From Eledone cirrhosa (lineage: Eukaryota): a DNA stretch of 64,000 nt. The stretch spans positions 294,438,001 through 294,502,000 of the forward strand of contig OZ024740.1 in the NCBI GenBank assembly GCA_964016885.1. Direction: 5' to 3'. Positions 55,933-64,000 of the stretch are shown here, one piece after another. The first letter of the stretch is position 1. The number at the start of each line of letters is the position of its first letter. The position numbers and the translations under genes are program-made. The notes beneath the pieces were generated by a model. It saw nothing but the letters and a program-made list of their open reading frames with translations. It ran no database searches and was not told where the DNA came from.

Positions 55933-58050
55933 GAGAATAAGTGGGAAAAATATAGTCTGCCCCAAATCGATCCAATAGAAGGACCAGTGGAGCAAGTTAA
56001 AGGTAGTATAATAAGTAAAGCAATCAAAGATATGAAGACAGGCAAGGCAGCTAGGCCTTCGGAGATAGTTGCTGAGATGTTGAAGGCATCTGGAATGGTG
56101 GGACATACTATGGTCACCCAGATAGTTAACCAAGTAATACAAAATGGGGTCATACCAAAAGACTGGCGTAGCAGCATCATCATTAACTGCTACAAGGGTA
56201 AAGGAGATGCTCTAGATAGAGGAAACTATAAAGGCATTAAGTTAGTTGACCAGGTCATGAAGGTCACAGAAAGAGTTATAGCGCAACTAATCAGAGAGCG
56301 AATTGATCTAGATGAAATGCAGTTTGGGTTTGTGTCAGTTTGTGTACCACAGACGCTCTTTTCCTTGTATGACAACTACAAGAGAAGTACCTAGCTAAAA
56401 GTAAACCCCTCTACTTAGCTTTTGCAGACCTGGAAAAAGCCTTTGACAGAGTCCCCCGCTCCATTATCTGGTGGGCTCTTAGAAAACTAGGTGTAGATGA
56501 ATGGCTTGTGAGAGCTATACAAGCTATGTATAATGAAACAGTCAGCAAGGTTAGAATTAACAATGAATATTGTGAAGAATTTAGTGTAAAAGTTGGTGTT
56601 CACCAAGGCTCTGTCCTTAGCCCCCTACTATTTATTATTGCCCTTCAGGCTATAACAGAGGAGTTCAAGACTGGCTGCCCATGGGAACTCCTATACGCAG
56701 ATGATCTCACGCTCATAGCTGAATCAATGGCTGAACTAGAAAAGAAATTCCAAACATGGAAGCATGGCCTAGAATCAAAAGCCTTAAAGTTAACTTGTCT
56801 AAGACTAAAGTCCTAGTTTGTAGAAAAGAAAATAAGGCAAGGTACCCTCAGGGAAATGGCTTTGCTCAGTGTGTAGGAAAGGAGTAGGCAGAATTTCAAT
56901 TTTATGTCCCAAATCCAAAGTATGGGTACTTAAAAGATGTAGTGGGATCACAGGTAAACTATCTAAGAACGTAGACTTTATATGTGACCGATGGTCAGGT
57001 GCAATAGGTAGCAAGTGTCCACAGGATACTAGCCCCTTCTATTGCCCAGATAGTTCTATAGAAATAGTAGACACTTTCCTTTACCTGGGTGACAAAATCA
57101 GCAGTGGTGGAGGGTGTTCTGAAAGTACAGTAGCCAGAGTCAGAACGGGATGGAAAAAGTTCAGAGAGCTTATACCGCTGTTGGCCACAAAAGGTTTCTC
57201 TCTAAAAATGAAAGGCAGATTGTATGATGCTTGTATACGAACAGCAATGGCAGTGAGACATGGGCATTACGTGCAGAGGACCTGCGTAAACTGGAAAGGA
57301 ATGAAGCATGCATGCTTCGTTGGATATGTAATAGTAATATACGTGAACGGCAAAGCATAAATGAACTAAGTGATAAATTAGGAATAAGAGGGATCAGATG
57401 CTGTTTACTCGAGAGAAGACTACGTTGGTATGGCCACGTGATGCGCATGAAAGATGACAGCTGTATAAAAAAGTGCAGGGCGATCAAATTGATGGTAGTT
57501 ACGGAGTAGGTAGACCCAGAAAAACCTGGCATGATCTGATAAATTCCAACCTCACACACCTACACCTCTCCAAGACAATGTCACTGGACCGAGATCTTTG
57601 GCGCTACGCAGTAATACAGAAGACCCGCCTTGCCTATGTACAAAGCGAAACCTACAGTCAGTAGGCACCTCTTAACCAAATATACACCCAAATCCACTAC
57701 CCCTACCCTATCCTCCCACTAACACCACCCTCTCTCTATAAAGTTGGTACCACAACATCCAGTCCAAATAAATGAGATAATGAGATCGAGATTGTGTAGG
57801 TGTCACGAGAAAAAACACACAGTCCACGCTGTAATGTGGCCGTGTAGGTAACACAGTAAAAAGTTCCCAGTTCCACACTGTAAATGTGGTTGGTGTTAGG
57901 AAGGGCATCCAGCCGTAGAAAATCTGCCAGATAGTCCTATATGAGCGAGACACGGTCACTCGACCAACCTTGCCTCAAGTGGGACAACTCCCGTCTAACC
58001 CATGCTAGCGTGGAAAATGGACGTTAAACGAAGATGATGATGATAATGAT
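55933..58050 (+). mobile_element. RTE-clade LINE, 5'-truncated, multiply frameshifted
   Basis: ORF pieces 55987..56394, 56508..56816 (YADD), 56869..57360 and 57231..57664; (GAT)n tail; same subfamily as 19996-22222. Confidence 0.95.
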
Positions 58051-58091
58051 AAGAACTGTAAATACAGATCTTATTATTTTGATAAGGGCAG

Positions 58092-58290
58092 TTGATTGAC
58101 AGTAATCGGTAGAGCATCAGACAATGTTTTTCGGCATAGAGTTACGTCCCTTTGCGTTCTGAGTTCAAATCCCAGCGAGGTTAGCTTTGCTTTTCATCCT
58201 TATGGGATCAATAAAATAAATACCAGTAACGCACTGGGATCAATTTAATCAACTTTCCCCTCCCCCAACATTGTTGGCCCTGCACTTAGA
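58092..58290 (+). mobile_element. SINE family B variant
   Basis: GAGTTCAAATCCC, GAGGTTAGCTTTGCTTTTCATCCTT core. Confidence 0.75.
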
Positions 58291-58641
58291 AAATGATGGA
58301 TTTAATTATAAGAAGAGTGATATTGTAATAATTAATATTGTATGTTTAAACCCTTTTGGGTTTAACCCAAACTGTCTTAAACTACCCCTGGTTCTATGAT
58401 ACAAACCTGTTTATTATAAAGTATTTATGTTTCTCTAAAATAAGCTTTCCATCATAATTTTAGGAACTTTTAAGTTATGTTCCAAACACCAGCATAATAA
58501 TGAAAAGGTTAGTTCTTGATTATTTCCAAAATGATTTTAAAATTATCCACAGTGTAATAAAAGAGTACATGATGATTTTATTGAATATAATTTTTTAGTC
58601 AAAATAAAATTAAATCCATCATTTTCTAGCTGCCTGACAAC

Positions 58642-58820
58642 TTTAATCCTTTAGCATTTAAACCGGTTGTATCTGGTCAGAATTCTCACCTCTTTCTGTT
58701 CAAATCAGCCGTAATCAGCCAATCATACCAATGTTAAGGTATTGTTCTCAAAATAAATAATATCAAAAGCTATTGATTCGAGATAACGCCTTTACTGTAA
58801 TGCAAATGCTAAATAGTTAA
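58642..58820 (-). mobile_element. TTAA MITE
   Basis: TTAATCCTTTAGCATTTAAACC...AAATGCTAAATAGTTAA. Confidence 0.78.
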
Positions 58821-58984
58821 ACTTTAATTCCTGAACAGGGACAATGTCAGTAAGTAAAAATATAATTTTATTAATAATTCTTTTTTAGTAGAGAATATAA
58901 TAATTATAAACTTATTTAATCAATAAGAATTAAATATATTTACTTACTCTCCAATCAACCTTCTACTAATAATAAATAACATAA

Positions 58985-59338
58985 TTAAAGTCTGTCTCAA
59001 ACCTGGAAGCTTATCAGGCCGGTACTTATCCCGGTTTCTGTGGCATGAGGTGACTGAAAGTACAAGACTTCCCCTGGACAGGACACCAGTCCAGAATAGG
59101 ATTAAAGTCTGTCTCAAACTTAGAGGCTCATCAGACCAGTACTTAACCAGTACTTCTGTGGCATGAAGTAAGTGACTGAGAGGCTATTGCTGGTACTCAT
59201 TTTCAGCTGAATATACCAGAACAACGTGAAATGAAGTGTTTTGCTGCAGAACACCACACACAACCCATCCCAGGAATCGAACCCATGACATTACAACCAT
59301 AAGTCCAACACTCTTACCGCTAGGCCATGTGCCTCCAC
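58985..59338 (-). mobile_element. SINE family C with duplicated 3' tail
   Basis: TTAAAGTCTGTCTCAAAC at 58985 and 59102; tRNA head ending GGCCATGTGCCTCC. Confidence 0.7.
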
Positions 59339-59469
59339 TCAACCTCCTACTAGGTTTCACAAAATACTTACTAGTATATACAGTTCTTTATGATATTAGA
59401 TGTGATATAGGTATTGAAATATGCTCTTGGAGGAGGTAGTGTAGACCAAATAAATACTTCACAATAAAC

Positions 59470-59735
59470 TCTTGTTCTTCACTCACTTAATCCTGGGAGG
59501 GTTGTGGGGACTGAGTCCTCAAACGCTCCTTCCAGAGGGTCCTGTCAGAAGCAACCATCTCCAACTGATACGGCTGGATCCGCAAGCAAGACCAGCCAAG
59601 GTCATGGATATTATCTTGCTTGGGTTCTACCTCTGGGTCTCCTGCCGGTTTGTTTTGCCCGTAAAATCTGTCCAGCAATTCTTTCCTGAGACATTCTAAT
59701 CACATGCCCATAGTATCAGAGCTGTTATCTCTCTG
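59470..59735 (-). mobile_element. 3' end of the third RTE-like family
   Basis: Matches 35500-35770. Confidence 0.8.
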
Positions 59736-59904
59736 CTTTCATATAAAGTACCAGTCTAGGAGTAGTGGACTGGTGGAATCATTGGACAGGATGCCTTGCA
59801 GACTTTTTCATTCCAAATGTCACCATAACTTACTTGGATAGTAGAGGGCCTGCAAAATGCTTGGAACATTATTTAATGAAATGTTTTTTCACAAAATTAT
59901 GATG

Positions 59905-60135
59905 AACAGTTTTAATGTAAGTATTAAACAGTTTTAATGTAAGTATTAAACAGTCAGTTTTAATATTAGTATTAAACAGTCAGTTTTAATATCAGTATTA
60001 AACAGTTTTAATATCAGTATTAAACAGTCATTTTTCTATAAAAGATCAGTCTCAAGTGATTTGGTATCAAAAGGATTAAACAGTCAGTTTTCTATAATAG
60101 ATCAGTTTCAAGTGAGTTGGTGTCAAAAGGATTAA
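59905..60135. repeat. Short 23-27-bp tandem repeats and a ~58-bp duplication
   Basis: AACAGT(CAGT)TTTAATrTnAGTATTA repeated about five times. Confidence 0.85.
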
Positions 60136-60309
60136 TCTCTTCTAAAAACTTGTTTTTGTTTGTAAATCTAAGTAACATTTAGTAAAAAATAATACTTCTT
60201 TAAAAAAAATGGAAAACATCAACTCCATCACAAGTATTAAAATATTTTGTCATTGAACCTGTAGCAGTGGAGATTTTCGATGTTCTCAGTCCCTATACCA
60301 CCTACTATT

Positions 60310-60705
60310 ATAATTTACAGGAACTGATAAGTAGATAGGAATTTGTAAATATACTTTAGTTGTAGAAGTGACGTCTGAATGAGTATCCTCCACCACCAAC
60401 TAACTAACCCTCCGCTTCTAGCTCTCGGCCGACAAGATGGCGAATGCATTGCCCTGGAGAATGGTGAGGAAGACGCGCTGAAACTGCCACTCCACCTCGC
60501 AGGGATCGCACCTGCGAGCGGCCAACTCCGGAGTGAGCCCCCTGAGTTGGAATAGTTATTTAAATATGTCTTCCTCACTTCTATGCTTTCTCCATTCTAT
60601 TCCCTGCAATCATGAGGTGGCTTGTGCCTGGGATTCAGCATGTCAGAGAGTGTTCTCCAACAACATTCAGGCTTGTATCATTGGGGTAGCGATGATTGAG
60701 TATTT
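60310..60705 (-). mobile_element. 3' end of a CRE-clade (restriction-like endonuclease) non-LTR retrotransposon, decayed
   Basis: A minus frame absent from the ORF track (60552-60418) reads ELAARRCDPCEVEWQFQRVFLTILQGNAFAILSAES*, matching the DPRE..L.QR.S.AI.RGNA..IL C-terminal signature as I recall it for CRE elements. Confidence 0.7.
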
Positions 60706-61534
60706 TTTAAAATAATTTTGCTGTATTTAGACTCAAGAGTGTTAAATAATAAAATATAACTTGTTTTAGACAATCCAAATCATCACCATAATTTAAAATA
60801 AGCTGTGACATATCTTTTTTCTGCCATTAAGCATTGTTTCCCAGAACCTTTTGGTTCCATAATAGCTCAATATAATTCAGTACCAATTAATCACACTCTT
60901 AAGGCTTCAAACCTAATAGAAAGCAAACATCTTACTTGCTTCGCAAATAGTTATACATCACTTTAAAATGTCAATTTGACTGATATATTCTATTTCCTAT
61001 GTCATTAGCTTATAGTAATTTAAGTGTATTTACAAGTAACTTAAGTGCACCAACATCATCCTACTCTTTCTCTTCTTCCTCCTCCTCTCTCACTTTTACT
61101 TTTGAGAGGAGCATCTTCAAGCTATGAAGTCAACAGCCTCCTCATTGAAACAGCACACAGAGTAGGAAATTTTATATTCACTTCATTCAGAAAACAGTTC
61201 CTTACAAAATTAGTAAAAATGGGATGGTTAACAAAACAATGAAAGACGCGTTCAAACAGATTGTCTGTGTTCTTATTTTCAAGTGAAAAGGCAAAGAAAT
61301 TATAGTAATTAAAGTCATTTCATCATTATTTCTTAGAAACGAGTGAAGATTGCTCACAGTAGACTGGAAACCATGAGTAGTAGAATTAGTTTGGCAGTTA
61401 ATAACTTGATTATACCTCTAAATGGCCACATCCCAACTAAATAGCACAATTGTACTTTCACCTTTTATTAAACACATAAAGCATTTCCTTTGTGCTAGTC
61501 ACCATACACAAATAACACAGCTACAGCTATATAT

Positions 61535-61565
<31 letters not shown>

Positions 61566-61877
61566 CACATACATACACACAGAGCAGAAAAGATTCACAA
61601 ACTAATTTTCAGTGTATCTAAGCAGTAGCATAAACACATAGAAGAGAAGATAGGCAATATTACACATACACAAATACACAAAAAACTAGATTCACACATA
61701 CACACACACACAAAACACCAGTTTCCTTTGAATGGCGAAGGATATAAACCTATATCCAAATAACCCCTCTTCGACATTTCTCTCAAAGCTAAGTCCAAAC
61801 ATTATGAGAGGCTGAGGTTGTGATTATCTCTACAGTTACAAATTATGGAACTTCATTACTCAACATGCCCATTTTCC

Positions 61878-62512
61878 TATATACATACATTTATGTACAT
61901 ACATATATATATACATACATATATATATATACATACATACACACATATACATATACATACACACATATACATACATACATATATACATACATATATATAT
62001 ACATACATATATATATACATACATACATACATATACATACATACATATATACATACATATATATATATACATACATACATACATACATATATACATACAT
62101 ACATATATACATACATACATATATATATATAGATATATATATACATCCTCATCATCATCATCGTTTAACGTTTATCTTCCACGCTAGCATGGGTTAGACG
62201 GGAGTTGTCCCACTTGAGGCAAGATTGGTCGGGTGACCATGTCTCGCTCGTATAGGACTATCTGGCAGGTTTTCTACGGCTGGATGCCCTTCCTAATACC
62301 AACCACATTATACATATATACATACATATATATATGTGTGTGTATATATATATCATATATATATATACACACATATATATATACACACAGGTATATATAT
62401 ATACACATATATATATATACACACATACACATATATATATATATATATACACACATATATATATATATATACACATATATATATATATACACATATATAT
62501 ATATACACACAT

Positions 62513-62553
<41 letters not shown>

Positions 62554-62650
62554 TATATATACACATATATATATATATACATATATATGTATACATACAT
62601 CTATATACACACACACATATATATATATACACATGCACACACAAATATAT
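61878..62650. repeat. (TACA)/(TA)/(CA) microsatellites with an embedded RTE 3' tail (62150-62311, minus)
   Basis: Direct inspection; the tail matches the reverse complement of 57880-58045. Confidence 0.93.
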
Positions 62651-62859
62651 AAGAAGTAATAGCACACTTAAGTATGTATAGTTTTTACATATTCATACAA
62701 TTGTATTGTATCAGAAGTAGTAAGTTAGTAGATAAGAAAAAAACAGGAGAAAGAAAAACAAAAATAAAATGAAAGAAAAACACAAAAAAATAACAAACAA
62801 GAAAAGACAAAGAAAAACAATAGTAATTATTACTGTGTGCTCCAACAATGAGTGTTCCA

Positions 62860-63035
62860 ATTGTTTGATCAACAGAACTGCCTACTTATGAAATTAACGT
62901 ACAAGTGACTGAGCATTCCAGATTGTGTGCGACAAGCTGGTCCTTGTAATTTCAAATACAACTGAATTTTACTGGCTGAGTGGACTGGAGCAATGTGAAA
63001 TGCACCACCAGAAATTGAACTCACAACCTTACAAT
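62860..63035 (-). mobile_element. Decayed SINE fragment
   Basis: GCTGAGTGGACTGGAGCAATGTGAAAT core shared with SINE A; AATTGAACTCACAACC B-box region. Confidence 0.6.
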
Positions 63036-63042
63036 TTTCAGC

Positions 63043-63411
63043 TACTCTCGGGTCCAAAATAATTAGAGGCGGGCAGGGGGGAATACGCAGGGGTTGGGGA
63101 GTGGAAAATTGGTAATTTTTCTAGGTTGTCTCTATTGATTTTTTTAAAAACCAGAATTAGTTGTTTTGTTTACATATTGAGACCCCAACTCCATCCTATT
63201 TGTTTCATATCATGGGATTTCTAGTAATGTTCCTTCTTTGTCATGTATGTTTTTTAATGTCTAAAGAAAATTAATTGTTGGAGGAATGTTACCATTTAAA
63301 ATAAAATTTAGCCAGAGATAGATTAGCAAAATTTAATAAGTGGGGGATTGAAAACAAATATGAAAATTAATAAGGGGGAGGGGGTTGTTAGTTATTTGAG
63401 ACCCGAGAGTA
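63043..63411 (-). mobile_element. TA-flanked ~370-bp MITE
   Basis: TIRs TACTCTCGGGTCCAAAATAA / TTATTTGAGACCCGAGAGTA. Confidence 0.8.
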
Positions 63412-64000
63412 AGCCAAACAACCATACGTGGAATGATTACTAACTAACATTAAGCATATTGAATTTACATCCTGGTTTCTATTCCATGTTGGATTGTCTC
63501 TTCTAAGTTAAAACAATAGTTCTAAAGGACAAGAACCCTGAAATATTAGATTATTGAACTTGTCAAACTCTGTTAAGGACTAATTGTTACTACTATAAAG
63601 CCATCACCAGCCTCCTTAGTTACAAATTTTACTTACAAACTATCTAAAACTGTTTCCTCCTTATATAATGCTCCTTTTAAAGTGTCCATACTTAGATTAA
63701 AACCTTTCGGGATAATTTATGTAATGCTCTCAACATTAACTTAATAATGAAAATGTTTTATTATATTACTCCAAATTCTTGATCATTTTCAAAATTAATT
63801 GAAACATTTAGACAGTGTATTTCATTCAAAATATGTTAATGAAAGAGACTTGATTTATTCAGTCATTGAGCTCTTAACTCTTGATGTGACAATGACAACA
63901 CCATGACAGAGTTTCTTAGGCATCGAAACCTGGCAGTGCCCATCCCTCTCCAGGTTTGTCTGCAGCCAATTTTTCCACACAAACAAAGAGAGAGAGAGAG

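Noticed and set aside
60379-60555. Plus-strand 58-aa ORF with AAGATGGCG (YY1-like) motif as a host first exon
   Set aside because: Better explained as the antisense of a CRE retrotransposon C-terminus.

Overview
AT-rich, repeat-saturated eukaryotic DNA that looks intronic or intergenic. The repeat repertoire resembles an octopus/coleoid cephalopod genome (inference, no database search). No host protein-coding gene can be firmly supported, and nearly all long ORFs in the track are translations of (TA)n/(CA)n microsatellites or minisatellites. The real content is as follows: 5'-truncated RTE-clade LINEs, fragments of Tx1/L1-like, CRE-like and Penelope-like retroelements, three tRNA-derived SINE families, TTAA (piggyBac-like) and TA (Tc1/mariner-like) MITEs, two copies of a Helitron-like element, giant TA-based microsatellites, and 39/41/42/48/76-bp tandem arrays. 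The most striking unannotated signal is a dense set of small fold-back (palindromic) elements at (TA)n tracts that carry minimal type-I hammerhead ribozyme motifs, often one per strand (4792-4930, 37871-38214, plus single or decayed ones at about 8.4, 13.1, 24.5, 26.3, 37.7, 39.8 and 40.8 kb); several share a GTATTGAGTRCT-like downstream motif. Also notable are a double-3'-ended head-to-head RTE, a twin-priming RTE inversion, and an exact 102-bp inverted templated insertion inside a SINE. All folding and alignment was done by eye.
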